From Lepidodermella squamata (lineage: Eukaryota; Animalia; Gastrotricha), in assembly GCA_047495785.1 (NCBI GenBank), contig JBLDXI010000042.1, positions 2,976,001 to 3,040,000 on the forward strand: a DNA stretch of 64,000 nt. Direction: 5' to 3'. Position 1 is the first letter of the stretch, and each line of letters opens with the position of its first letter. This document shows, one piece after another, positions 1 through 10,551 of this stretch. The position numbers and the translations under genes were made by a program. The notes below the pieces were generated by a model. That model searched no databases, had not been told where the DNA came from, and worked only from the letters and a program-made list of their open reading frames with translations.

Positions 1-543
1 CTCAGGAATTCCAAAATTTACGGTTCGCGTATTAACCTTAATTCTCCTTATAGGTTGTCTTTAATTTCTCTTAAACTTGAAAACTCGAATCAATCGCCTC
101 TTAAAGCGAAACCTTGAATTGTCCAAAAGATTCCTTTTGAACGTGGGATCAAAGATCTTTGAGGAGTTGAAATGATTTATTGCTGAGAGATGTCGAAGTG
201 TTGCTTTATTCAGCACAAATACCTATTACCGGCTTTGATAGTAAGAAAATCAGCTATTGCTCGGTTTTTGGCTGCAACATCGGCTCTGAAACATCGGCTG
301 CAATAGCTTGATATCAGAGTTTTTAAATTATTCTCTTTATATAATTATTATTTGATATATTTCAAACGCGTTTGTGGTTTTTTATTTCTATTTCTGAATC
401 TGCGGTCATGCTCTTTCTAATTGTTGTTGAATGGCTCGCATTTCATGTAATTTCCTCTAAAATAAGCTTGTTTCTTGTTCATTTGACGGATTTTCTTTTT
501 TTCCGCTTAGACTCTGGTTCAGCTTTTCAGATGATGTGAAAAT

Positions 544-2187
544 ATGAATGAATGCTGGCGAGAAAATCGGAAATATCTCCAGTTGAAGCCCCGTGTTGCA
601 ACTATTTTGAATCGGTCGTCCAAGTACTTGAAAAGGAAGCAGAAAAAGGAAGTCATTTTCAACCGTCGACCGATCAGCCACTACCGGCCTCTAAATTTAC
701 GCCGAAACGGCAGTAATTTAAACACTGGGAGTACTGAAGACCCGAGTCTTAGTTTTCCTGGCTCCTTCGTTTCAACTTTGATCTACATCCCGCAGGTCCG
801 CCGCTTGATCGTTAGCAAACTAAATTCACTTGAAGATGGAGCAATGAAGTGTTTAATAGCTTACGTCGGAAGTTTGAGAAAAACTGACCTTGACTTGTTT
901 TTCCGAAATGTGAATTTTCCCCAAAAAGTTATGCTAGATTCTACCTCATTCGCCAGTCATTTTCTCGACTACCTCGAAAAGCTTCTGGGAAGCGAAATAT
1001 CTTCGCTATTTCTCGGCAAGTACTGCCGTCCTGGAGGACTGGAGTTCAATTTCACACAGCTCAATGTTGTTGTGCCTGATTTGAAGTTCAAAGCTGAAAT
1101 AAGTTTCCACTGGATCATTTCGGAAAACTTTCAAGGTGATGCGAAATTATCTGCTCTACCGAAAGTTTTATTGATCCAACTGACTCGGCTGGACTGCTGT
1201 TCAATATCGATCCATTTTCCGAACAAGCTTCTTTTCCCTCAATGTTTTTCGGGGTTAGCAAATATCCCTATCTACAATTTGATGACAATTTTTGAGTTGG
1301 ATGGTCAAGATGAAAACAGCTATCAGCACTCGGTCAAAATTCGAAATCTATTCAACAGCAGAATTTCGCCTTGGTTAGTTGGAGAAATGATTGGACCGGA
1401 TCAAAATGCGGCTTTTCTGGTTTCGAAAAACGCCTATGCAGTGTTATACGTCGCAGGAGATATTTTGCCACAAAATGCTAGACTAGCCCCAGGCCCTACA
1501 CCTACACCGACCCGATGTGAACGATCAGGTGCGAGAGAGATGGTTTTCAAGCTAGACCTATTCAATCTGAAGCCTGGTCGCCGCATGAGTCCGGCGGTAC
1601 TAGACAGTTATATCGACTTGATCATTCGTCACTCGAATAAGGAAATGTTCGCTTTTAGCTGGAAATTTATACTGAAATTCCTGGAGTGCGGAATTGACGC
1701 TGCTGCGAAAATTAGTGAACCAAGCGACATCAATACTTACGATTTCTTGATTATTCCTATTTTGACGCCTCGCACTAATCAATGGCTTGTTGCTGTTGTT
1801 TACCCGGCTAATCACCGGTTATTGTTCTACAACCCTGGCGTGGATACCGTCGGTCCAGTCGGCGAGGAATACTCGCCTATAATCGTCAAATGCCTCGCCT
1901 TACTTCGAGATCTCCGCTTCTGGCGTCGTAATTTAAAACCTCCTATTGTCGAGGAATTATGGACCTCCGACGAGTATCTTTCGGGTAGTTTCCCTCGCCA
2001 ATCGAGAGTTGAAGATAGCGGCGTTTTTGTTGCGAATTTCGTTCGGTGCCTGGTTGAACAACACGGCGACTACCTAGCTGAGATTCATTTCGATTTTTCG
2101 GCCGAGGGAATCGACTTGGCCAGAAATAAGATGCTTGATGATTTGATTAGTTTTCACTTTGCGCTCAATTCGAATTCAAATCGTTGA
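544..2187 (+). CDS. Pseudo-USP (C19) + pseudo-Ulp1/SENP (C48) fusion protein, paralog 1 (intronless)
   Basis: 547-aa ORF. USP-fold motifs: SEISSLFLGK, LPKVLLIQLTR, SIHFPNKL, YNLMTIF, AYAVLYV; the Cys box and His box are degenerate. C48 motifs: VLDSYIDLI, FAFS, DFLIIPI..NQW, LFYNP, PRQSRVEDSGVFV; the catalytic H/D/C positions are Q/N/S. Confidence 0.8.
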   Translation: MNECWRENRKYLQLKPRVATILNRSSKYLKRKQKKEVIFNRRPISHYRPLNLRRNGSNLNTGSTEDPSLSFPGSFVSTLIYIPQVRRLIVSKLNSLEDGAMKCLIAYVGSLRKTDLDLFFRNVNFPQKVMLDSTSFASHFLDYLEKLLGSEISSLFLGKYCRPGGLEFNFTQLNVVVPDLKFKAEISFHWIISENFQGDAKLSALPKVLLIQLTRLDCCSISIHFPNKLLFPQCFSGLANIPIYNLMTIFELDGQDENSYQHSVKIRNLFNSRISPWLVGEMIGPDQNAAFLVSKNAYAVLYVAGDILPQNARLAPGPTPTPTRCERSGAREMVFKLDLFNLKPGRRMSPAVLDSYIDLIIRHSNKEMFAFSWKFILKFLECGIDAAAKISEPSDINTYDFLIIPILTPRTNQWLVAVVYPANHRLLFYNPGVDTVGPVGEEYSPIIVKCLALLRDLRFWRRNLKPPIVEELWTSDEYLSGSFPRQSRVEDSGVFVANFVRCLVEQHGDYLAEIHFDFSAEGIDLARNKMLDDLISFHFALNSNSNR

Positions 2188-2278
2188 TTTTCTAATTTTG
2201 TTATAATTTTTCGTATTTTATGCATTTTTTGTACTTGGTGATGAAATTTGACTTGCTATTTAGGGATAATAGATTAAG

Positions 2279-3970
2279 ATGAAGCCGATAATTTTGTCGC
2301 GTGTCATTCGCTCAGTGGAGGTGCAAAATCCTGATGTGCTGCGGAGACCCGGCGAGTCATCTGAATTTCTGATTTCAAAAATGAGAACACCTTACCAGCT
2401 TCCTAAACCACGGAAGCTAACGCAAAGACCATTTGAATTGAAGCGGGCGAAGATACCTATTATTGTTGGCAGATCGCTTGATTTACAGGATGAAGTCCAA
2501 AATATCGGCGCTGAAATGAATGACGACCCGAGCCTCACTTTTCCTGGTTCATTCATTTCAGCTTTGATCAATATTCCGTATATTCGAAAATTGATCGTTA
2601 GTAAAACTAATTTACTTGAAGATGAGGCAATCAAATATTTGAAAGCCTATGCTGAAAGTTCGAAAAAAGCTGACCTTGACTTGTTTTTCCGAAAACTGAG
2701 TTTGCCGCGAAAAATTCTACTGGATTCTACCTCATTCGCCAGTCATATTATCGAATTTCTCGCAAAGCATTTTGGCGATGAAATTTCTTCGCTTTTTCTC
2801 GGCGAGTGTCGCAGACCTTCAAAGCAGAGGGGTTATTGGAGCGTGGCCAAATTTTCTCAGCTAAATTTCATTGTGCCAGACTCGAAATTCAATCAACAAC
2901 TCTCTTTTCAATCGATTAGTTTGGAAAACTTGAAAAATGATGCGGAAATAACCTGCCTGCCAAAAGTTTTGTTAATTCACTTGACTCGACTAGACCCGTG
3001 TTCAATGTCAATTCAATTTGCTAACAAGCTGCGATTTCCCGCGGGAATTTTCGCTGGATTGCCAAAAGTTCCTGTCTATAACTTGATGGCGATTTTCGAG
3101 CAAGAAATTATCGATGAAAACATCTATGAATATTCAATTAAAATTCGAAGTACACTCAATCAAGGTATTCCACAATGGTTGATCGGCGGAGCCCTCGGAC
3201 CCTGGCGATATGCGTCGCACTTTGAAGACCCGCTCGTGTCGAAAAACACTTACGCTGTGTTGTACGCTACGGAAGAAATTACCGGTTTCTTCCAAAATTA
3301 CGAAGCTAATATTGGACGATTAAATGACGCGCCCTTACAATACGATTTGTGGAAATTGGCAGCCGGGCGCGGCGTCACTTCGAGGGTCTTAGATGCCTAT
3401 CTCGACTTGATCACCCGTCGCTCAAATGGAAAATTATTCGCGTTCAGCTCGCATTTTTTCTCGACTTATTTGTCTCACGGTATCGAGGCAGCTGCAAAAA
3501 TCAGTAATCCGACTGGCTACCATTATAAAGATTTCTTGATCATTCCAATAACAGATTCAACTCGAAGTGATCAATGGCAAGTTTGTATCGCCTACCCGGC
3601 TTATAACCGGTTATTGTTCTACAACCCGGGCGTGGTTGCTCTCGGTCCAATTGGGGATAAATGTTCGCCTGAAATCGTCAAATGTCTCTTCTTACTTCGC
3701 GATCTGCAGGCCAGACAGTCTAACCAGGGTCCTCTTGACATTGAGGAATTATGGAACTCTGAAGAGTTTATAACAGGCAGTTTCCCTCGCCAATCGAGAG
3801 TTGAAGACAGCGGTGTTTTTGTTGCGAATTTCGTCCGATGCCTGGTTGAACAACACGGTCGCCTAGCGGAAATACATTTCGATTTTTCGGCCGAGGAAAT
3901 CGGCGAAGCAAGAAATCGGATGGTGTACGAATTGAAAACTTTATTGTTTCCGATTGTGAAACTGGGTTGA
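2279..3970 (+). CDS. Pseudo-USP + pseudo-Ulp1/SENP fusion protein, paralog 2
   Basis: 563-aa ORF colinear with paralog 1: DDPSLTFPGSF, LPKVLLIHLTR, DFLIIPI..DQW, LFYNP, PRQSRVEDSGVFV. Confidence 0.82.
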   Translation: MKPIILSRVIRSVEVQNPDVLRRPGESSEFLISKMRTPYQLPKPRKLTQRPFELKRAKIPIIVGRSLDLQDEVQNIGAEMNDDPSLTFPGSFISALINIPYIRKLIVSKTNLLEDEAIKYLKAYAESSKKADLDLFFRKLSLPRKILLDSTSFASHIIEFLAKHFGDEISSLFLGECRRPSKQRGYWSVAKFSQLNFIVPDSKFNQQLSFQSISLENLKNDAEITCLPKVLLIHLTRLDPCSMSIQFANKLRFPAGIFAGLPKVPVYNLMAIFEQEIIDENIYEYSIKIRSTLNQGIPQWLIGGALGPWRYASHFEDPLVSKNTYAVLYATEEITGFFQNYEANIGRLNDAPLQYDLWKLAAGRGVTSRVLDAYLDLITRRSNGKLFAFSSHFFSTYLSHGIEAAAKISNPTGYHYKDFLIIPITDSTRSDQWQVCIAYPAYNRLLFYNPGVVALGPIGDKCSPEIVKCLFLLRDLQARQSNQGPLDIEELWNSEEFITGSFPRQSRVEDSGVFVANFVRCLVEQHGRLAEIHFDFSAEEIGEARNRMVYELKTLLFPIVKLG

Positions 3971-4055
3971 TTTTTTATTCATTATATTTTGATATTTTCG
4001 ATATAAATTTTTGATAATTTTTATTAAATGTTGATACAATAGTGCATTTAAAAAC

Positions 4056-5573
4056 ATGAAGCCGACAATTCTGTCGCTTGTAATTCGTTCGGAAGAAAAG
4101 CAAAATTCGATTAGACTGAGAAAATCCGGCGAGACATCTGATGAGATGGTTTCGAAACTGAGCAAGATCACTAATTCGCCGGATTTTTCAAGCATTCCTG
4201 CCCTGAAACCTACCAAATTTGGCAGCGAAATCGTTGAAGATCCAAGTCTAGGCTTCCCAGGCGGTCTGATCTATGCCATCGTTCAAATACCGCCGATATT
4301 TCACATGTTGCAGAGCTGTTGGCCGCAAAGTGAATCGATGAATAAACTTTTTTCATACGCGACAGATTTTCGGAAATGTGACCTGGACGGCTTCTTGGAA
4401 AGTTTGAAATTCAGCAGGAAAACGATGCTGGACCCTGTTTTGTTCGCGAGCGAGTTGATGAAGCATCTCGGCGAGAAGTTCGCGACCCTTTTCTCCGGAA
4501 AATTCGCAAATTCCGCCCGTGGCATCAAGGCAGAGACTTTCAATCAGCTTAATCTCATTGTATCGCCTCAGAGTCATAATCTGACCATGTTGAAAATTTT
4601 ATTAGAAAATTTCCGTGAAAATGTGAAAATTGTTTGCTTTCCAGAGCTGCTACTGATGCATCTGACGCGATCAGATGATTGTTTGATGCAAATTTCCTTT
4701 GTTGACCATTTAACTTTTCCCGGGAAATTGATGTTGAGAAATGCGACTAGTCCTTCTTACAAGTTAGTAGCTGTTTTCGAGTTGAAACAATCAGGAGAAG
4801 AGGATTATCAGCACTTGGTGAAGATGCCTTTCCTACTTCATAGCAACCGTGTAAAAACTCGCCGCTTCACATCTAGTGATGCTTTTGCTGTCTTGTATGT
4901 TAAGGAGGAATTTTTATCATGTGAAGGCTTCAAAAATATTAAAGGTGACACTCGAATTTCTAAGCATGAATTTGCTAATTTCATTGCCGGCCTTGGTGTT
5001 TCGCCGTCTGTAATGGATGCTTACCTAGGAAAAATTATTTGTGCCTCAGCTAATCCGCGAATATTTTGTTTCGGCTCGGATTTCTATCCTAAATTCACTA
5101 ATCAAGGAATTTTCGCTGCTTTTAAGCTGGATAACTCTTTCAAAATGTCCCACTACGACTTCATGATCATTCCTATTTTTGACCCTCTAACGACGGTCTG
5201 GTACGTCGCAATTGCTCTCATGCGAAGTCGCGGCGTTCTTTTCTACAGCCCATTCGGATTAACTGGTGATCGAAAGTACGTTACAAATATTCTGAAATTC
5301 ATGCAACTTCTCGAGGAATGTGAAGCGTCTGTTTCAAGTAAAGTAGTTGGTAAAACTCCTCAGTGGTTTGAAATCGGTCCAGTTCTTGCGGAAGTTCCGA
5401 GCAACGTGCTGAAGGCTGATATTGGCCTTGTTATTGCGAAATTTGTGCGTCGTTTTGTTGAAAGTAGTACTGGCGACAATCCTCATGTCTACTTCAATTT
5501 TTTGATTGAAAATGTGAATGAAGAACGAAGTCGAATGATTGATGCGTTGAACGGCAGTTTTGATACTGAATAG
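4056..5573 (+). CDS. Pseudo-USP + pseudo-Ulp1/SENP fusion protein, paralog 3 (most divergent)
   Basis: 505-aa ORF. N-terminus MKPTILSLVIRS matches paralog 2 (MKPIILSRVIRS). Motifs: EDPSLGFPG, FPELLLMHLTR, YKLVAVF, DFMIIPI..TVW, LFYSP, DIGLVIAKF. Confidence 0.8.
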   Translation: MKPTILSLVIRSEEKQNSIRLRKSGETSDEMVSKLSKITNSPDFSSIPALKPTKFGSEIVEDPSLGFPGGLIYAIVQIPPIFHMLQSCWPQSESMNKLFSYATDFRKCDLDGFLESLKFSRKTMLDPVLFASELMKHLGEKFATLFSGKFANSARGIKAETFNQLNLIVSPQSHNLTMLKILLENFRENVKIVCFPELLLMHLTRSDDCLMQISFVDHLTFPGKLMLRNATSPSYKLVAVFELKQSGEEDYQHLVKMPFLLHSNRVKTRRFTSSDAFAVLYVKEEFLSCEGFKNIKGDTRISKHEFANFIAGLGVSPSVMDAYLGKIICASANPRIFCFGSDFYPKFTNQGIFAAFKLDNSFKMSHYDFMIIPIFDPLTTVWYVAIALMRSRGVLFYSPFGLTGDRKYVTNILKFMQLLEECEASVSSKVVGKTPQWFEIGPVLAEVPSNVLKADIGLVIAKFVRRFVESSTGDNPHVYFNFLIENVNEERSRMIDALNGSFDTE

Positions 5574-5676
5574 AAATTTGAAATTTCATGGACATTATTT
5601 TCTTACTGAGTTTTAAAAATTTGATCTACTTCGCTTTTATTTTCTGCCCTTTTAGAGGTTCTATTTTGATTTTATC

Positions 5677-7704
5677 ATGACCTCTTTGTCTACCTCACTG
5701 GAATCTCAAAGCGAAGACCAGGTTTGAAATTTTTTAAACGGGATACTTATTTTCAGCTCGAAATAATTGGAATATTTGATTGCTTCGGATTCTATTGTAA
5801 AGAAAATGAAATTAATTCATTTTATTTTTCACATTTTCAGCAGAACGCTTGTCCAGTTTGCATGCGGTACTACACCGATCCGCGAAGTCTCCCTGCCTGC
5901 GGGCATGTCATCTGCCTAACTTGCGCTTCAAAATTAGCTGGACCTCTAACTTACATTCACTGCCCTGTGTGCCAAGCTTACAACTACCTGGGCGATCAAG
6001 GTGTGAATGAGCTGAAAAGCGCACTCGTCGCTTATCGACCTAACGACTCGATAGCTAATCCGACTTTTTCGGGATCTAATGGCAGTTTGGATTTCGGTCC
6101 CGCTTCTGAGATTTCAGATGGCACAATTTGTCAACATCGTACCTCAAAATCTGGTTCAAGCTGCCAACACTGCAGTCAAAAATTCTGTCTGAGTTGTGAA
6201 ATTAATCACAAGGAAAGAATCAAACTTGAAATAATAGAAATGGCTATTCGGGTATTTTATTTTTCAATTCCTGATCTCTGAATTTGGATAATTATTTCAG
6301 GCTGGCTCAACTGTTGGAATCGAAGCTGGTATTCGCCTGAAATGTTCAAGAAATATCGAACAAGTGAAATCGGAAGTCCTGCAGTCATTTCAAGAAATCG
6401 AAGATGACTTTTTATGCAAACTTGAACAACGTAAAACTATCATACTCGAGCGGCTCGATCAATTGGGAGCGGAAAAAGCTGGAAAACTGGCGAAAATCGA
6501 CATCAAAGCCGACCCGGGTATGCTAGCCTTGGCCCAAGCCCTGCCCAGTCGATCTGTTCTAGCAATCAGTTTGAATGATCTCGCAGTTCTGCATCAAAAA
6601 ATTGCAAATCAGGTGTGGTTTTTTTGAAATCTTCTAATTTTAAGGTGGATTTTTGAATTTTTCTAGATACGCGAAAGTGAACACAAAGTGGCAGAAGAAA
6701 TGGGGAAGGAAAGCATAAACATAAATTTCGATGTTTTGCTGCCTGGAGTTAGCTTCAAACCTATGCCTGAAAGGCATTTCGAAGTTGCGAATTGGGTGGC
6801 GGAAAAGTCTCCCAAAACTGAGATAGCCGAGATCCCGCAGCCGAAACCAGAAATCTTGTCATCGCCTGCAAGTCCGACCAGCTCAAGTGGAAAGCTTGAA
6901 GAATCGGATCAACCACCTGTAAAGCGGTCTAAAAATGGGCAAAACGAGAAGGCGAAAACTCGTTTAGCCTGTTGTGAGCTCGTTCAAAAAATTCAAACTG
7001 GCAACCTAGATTTGGTGAAAAATTTCTTCGCAAAACACAGCGATTGGTCACCGTCATTCATCGGTTCGATGATTGAATCTCGCGAAAATGGCGAATTCAC
7101 TGCCCTCCACACCGCAGTTCGTAAGGGAAATCTCGAAATTGTCAAATTTTTGATCGAGGAATGCTTCGCGAATCCGCTGGCGTTGACAAATGACGTTAAA
7201 GCGAACTGCCTTCATGTTGCAGCTGCTCATAACCACCTTGAAGTTTTTCGCTATATCGCCCAGAGAAATCCGTCGCTTTTGACTAGCGTTAATAAATTCG
7301 GCGTAACAGCACTTCACACCGCGATTTCGCACAACGGGTTTGAAATTGTGAAGTTCCAACTTTTTGCCTTGCGTGTCGATCCGAACATAAAAACGGGCGG
7401 GGACGGGAAATCAGCTCTTCATTTCGCATCGGCTCATTCTTCGATTCAGATGGTTCAGTTGCTGATTTCAGCCGGTGCCCACATTTACGCGAAGGATAAT
7501 TACGGGAAGCTTCCGATTCATGCGGCGGCTCAAAGTGGCGCCGATGCGATTGTCAATTTTTTCCTGCAAATCGACCCGCGTCTAGCATTGGCTGTTACTA
7601 CGAAAAACTGGACCCCGGCGCAAGTCGCTCGAAACAAGGGCCATCAGAATCTGGCGAATGCTCTTCAACGATTCGAAGCCCGCATAACTGGATGTGGAAT
7701 TTAG
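5677..7704 (+). CDS. TRIM-like RING/B-box/coiled-coil protein with C-terminal ankyrin repeats, copy 1
   Basis: Exons 5677-5721, 5841-6251, 6301-6612, 6667-7704 join in frame across GT-AG introns. C3HC4 RING CPVC...CGHVICLTC...CPVC; B-box-like CQH...CQHC...CLSC...H; helical region; about 6 ankyrin repeats (TALHTAV, TALHTAI, SALHFAS, LPIHAAA). Confidence 0.88.
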
Positions 7705-7865
7705 CTTAGTTTCATCGAGGAGAAACGAGTGACTTTTTCTATATTTTTTCAATTGATTTGATATGAATTTTAGTTATTTTCTGTTTTTCTCAATTTCAAC
7801 CTGATTTTGTGCTTGACATTTTTTCATTTTTTTCAGTAAAATTAGCTATTTTCGTAGGTTTTACA

Positions 7866-8289
7866 ATGCCACAGATTAGGAAGCTTGACGAGTTTGACTC
7901 AGATTTCGAAAGTTCAGTCATCAATCATTTTCTCTTTGTTGGTTTGAAGGCGATCGCCCCCAGGTATGTTTCCTCGGAATCCGCTTCGGATAGTGTAAGT
8001 CCAGACCAATACGATTCGCCATATTTTATTCGAAATTTTTGTTCAGATTTCCGATGATCCGGCTCGCCATGTACGCGTAAAGACGCCGTTAGTTGGCAAA
8101 TCTGGCTTGTTGGTCCAGAGAAGGTGCCGTGACTGTGTGGCTATCTTGAAGGCTTTGGGTTTGAATGGTTACCTCGAAACTAGAAAATTCGCGATGGCTA
8201 CTTATCTCGTGTGCGACGGCTGCCCTTCGAAGCCCTACCTTTGCTTGCGTTGCTTCGAGCGCCACAAATCTCAGCTTAACTCTTCTTAG
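7866..8289 (+). CDS. Stand-alone piggyBac-type C-terminal cysteine-rich (zinc ribbon) domain protein A
   Basis: Exons 7866-7994 and 8047-8289. SDFESSVINHFL...ISDDPARH...RRCRDC...TYLVCDGCPSKPYLCLRCFERH. Confidence 0.78.
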
Positions 8290-8413
8290 TCGATAAAGTG
8301 GACTAATTTATATATTTCGCTATTTTTATACCCTTCGCATCACGGCTTGATTAATAATTTTATTGCTATTCGAATTTCATCGTTTTGTAATTTTAGTGGC
8401 GGATTTTGATTCG

Positions 8414-8828
8414 ATGGCTTTGACTAGAATTACTACCGAATCCGATTTTGAAGTGGTTTTGATTGACTACCTTTTGTTCACCGGCTTGAAGTCTTTAGGA
8501 AACAGGGTGCCTGCTAAAATTTTAGCCGCGGAAAAGGACAGCGTAATTTCGTTTAAAAATTCGCGATTTTATTTCTTGATGTTTTATTTTACAGAAAATT
8601 AAGGGTGACTCAGATCGGCACGTGCGCGTTAGGACGACTGTTCGAGACCAGAGTGGGCAGTATCAGAACAAAATATGCCGCAGCTGTTGTTTGCTTCTGA
8701 AATTACTCGGGATCACGTTTCAGATAGCCGCCAATCGTTTCGTTTACAAAACGACATTCGTTTGCAATGGGTGCCCTTCAAAGCCTCACATTTGCCCTCG
8801 CTGCTTTGAACGTCACTTGCAACATTGA
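8414..8828 (+). CDS. Stand-alone piggyBac-type CRD protein B
   Basis: Exons 8414-8542 and 8595-8828. SDFEVVLIDYLL...ICRSC...TTFVCNGCPSKPHICPRCFERH. Confidence 0.78.
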
Positions 8829-8983
8829 AATGATTTTCAAGTTCTATTTTTCATGTTTCATATTTACAGTTTTGCCTATTCAATTTTTTATTTAAGTCTC
8901 GGAAATTGATAATATTCGTAGCTCGTAGCGGTGTTTTTTCAATTATCGATTCTACCTTTTCATCCTTCGTAGCTCTCGTGTAA

Positions 8984-9409
8984 ATGACCGGAAATAGTTT
9001 TTCGTCTGATTTTGAACCGTTTTTCGTCGAATACCTCCTTCATGTTGGTATGGGCGCTGTTCCGCCGCATTACTTGCCTAGATCCACCATGGAACTTGTG
9101 GATAAAGTGAGCAAATCACGATTTTCCCTCCGAAACAGAAAACATTCTTTTTAGGTTGTCGATGATCCGGGCAACCACAAACTGGTGAGAACCGCCTCGC
9201 GGTTCAGCAATGGTCAACCTCAAAGGCTTGCGTGCCGTCATTGCCGCGCTCTCTTGTCCGCCCTGGGGTTTTCTTGCCATCAAATCAACAAATATGTGAA
9301 AACGGTCATTTATGTGTGCGATGGGTGCCCATCGAAGCCTGCCCTATGCGGAAGATGCTTCGAGCGCCACAAAATCGTGCGAGAAGAATCGCCGAACAGA
9401 AAAAATTGA
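8984..9409 (+). CDS. Stand-alone piggyBac-type CRD protein C
   Basis: Exons 8984-9106 and 9155-9409. SDFEPFFVEYLL...VVDDPGNH...ACRHC...YVCDGCPSKPALCGRCFERH. Confidence 0.78.
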
Positions 9410-9592
9410 TGACCCATTTTCATTCGCATTTTATTTTTTTATCAACTCGGCGACATTTCTTTTATATAATATGAAATTTCTGAGATCTGAGATTTTATCT
9501 AAATTTTATAAAATCATGTTTCAACGGTAATAAAATAGTAAAAATAGGGAATTTTCGATCACAGAAATACAATTTATATCGCTAACCTCTTA

Positions 9593-10012
9593 ATGAACCC
9601 GGAAGCGTTAAGTGTCGCTACGAAAAACGATTTTGAGTACGCGTTTATCGAATACTTGCTGCAAACTGGTTTCATCGCATTACCTCCCAATTTAAATCCG
9701 AAAAAATTAGTGGCCGAACTGGAATCGGTGAGTTTTCTCTCTCGTTTTCAACTAATTCTGATTTATACATTGTTTAAGATTTCTGATGACCCAGACAATC
9801 ATGTGCGAGTTAAAACAACTATTTTGGGTAGAACCGGGCGGCCAATTCAGCGATTTTGCCGGAACTGCTGCGCCCTCATCAGCGCTCTTGGATTAACTAG
9901 CAGAGACCACAAAAGAATGTACATTTGTTATACGCGTTACGAATGCAGTGGTTGCCCGTCGAAACCGCCCTATTGCCAGCCGTGCTTTGATCGCCACAAA
10001 TCTTCTAAATGA
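9593..10012 (+). CDS. Stand-alone piggyBac-type CRD protein D
   Basis: Exons 9593-9727 and 9779-10012; the 51-nt intron is in frame within the ORF. NDFEYAFIEYLL...FCRNC...TRYECSGCPSKPPYCQPCFDRH. Confidence 0.78.
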   Translation: MNPEALSVATKNDFEYAFIEYLLQTGFIALPPNLNPKKLVAELESVSFLSRFQLILIYTLFKISDDPDNHVRVKTTILGRTGRPIQRFCRNCCALISALGLTSRDHKRMYICYTRYECSGCPSKPPYCQPCFDRHKSSK

Positions 10013-10081
10013 AATATTTTCCACCTGAATTAGAGCATGATTTTGTTTGCTTTTAGCCCAGTTTTGTTGACAGGCTTCGAA

Positions 10082-10487
10082 ATGAAAAAATCTGACGATA
10101 AATCTGATTTCGAAGTTGCGTTTATTTATCACCTCCTTGATACTGGCTTGAGATCTCTATCACCTCGGCATATTCCAACTCGGCAAGTTCAGGAGCTAGA
10201 AACTGTGAGTAAATTTTTCCAACATTTCCTACCAAATATTTAGTTTTTTTCAGATTTCGGACGATCCTACAAAGCACATTCGCGTCAAGGTTAGTGGAGG
10301 CCCCGGCGGTAACCTTGATCCTGTGTATCGAATCTGTCGAAATTGCCGTGTTTTACTCATGACTTTTGGGCTTCCTTACAAAAAGATAGAACACTATGCT
10401 GGGAAAACTTTCTACGCTTGTGAAGGCTGCCCATCGAAGCCGCACTTGTGTCTAAAATGCTTCGAACGGCACAAGCAAACGAGCTAG
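10082..10487 (+). CDS. Stand-alone piggyBac-type CRD protein E
   Basis: Exons 10082-10204 and 10254-10487; exon 2 is absent from the ORF track. SDFEVAFIYHLL...ISDDPTKH...ICRNC...TFYACEGCPSKPHLCLKCFERH. Confidence 0.78.
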
Positions 10488-10551
10488 ATTTTCGTTAAAT
10501 ATTTTTCGTAATTTTATGGAATCTGATTTTTAGGAATAATTTTTATTACGA

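Noticed and set aside
5724-5840. N-terminus of the 185-aa ORF
   Set aside because: It lies between a GT donor (5722) and a ttttcag acceptor (5840), so it is intronic; the real first exon is 5677-5721.
7866-10487. Intact or decayed piggyBac transposon
   Set aside because: No DDD domain, no TTAA-flanked TIRs and no frameshifts; five separate intact genes share one intron position.
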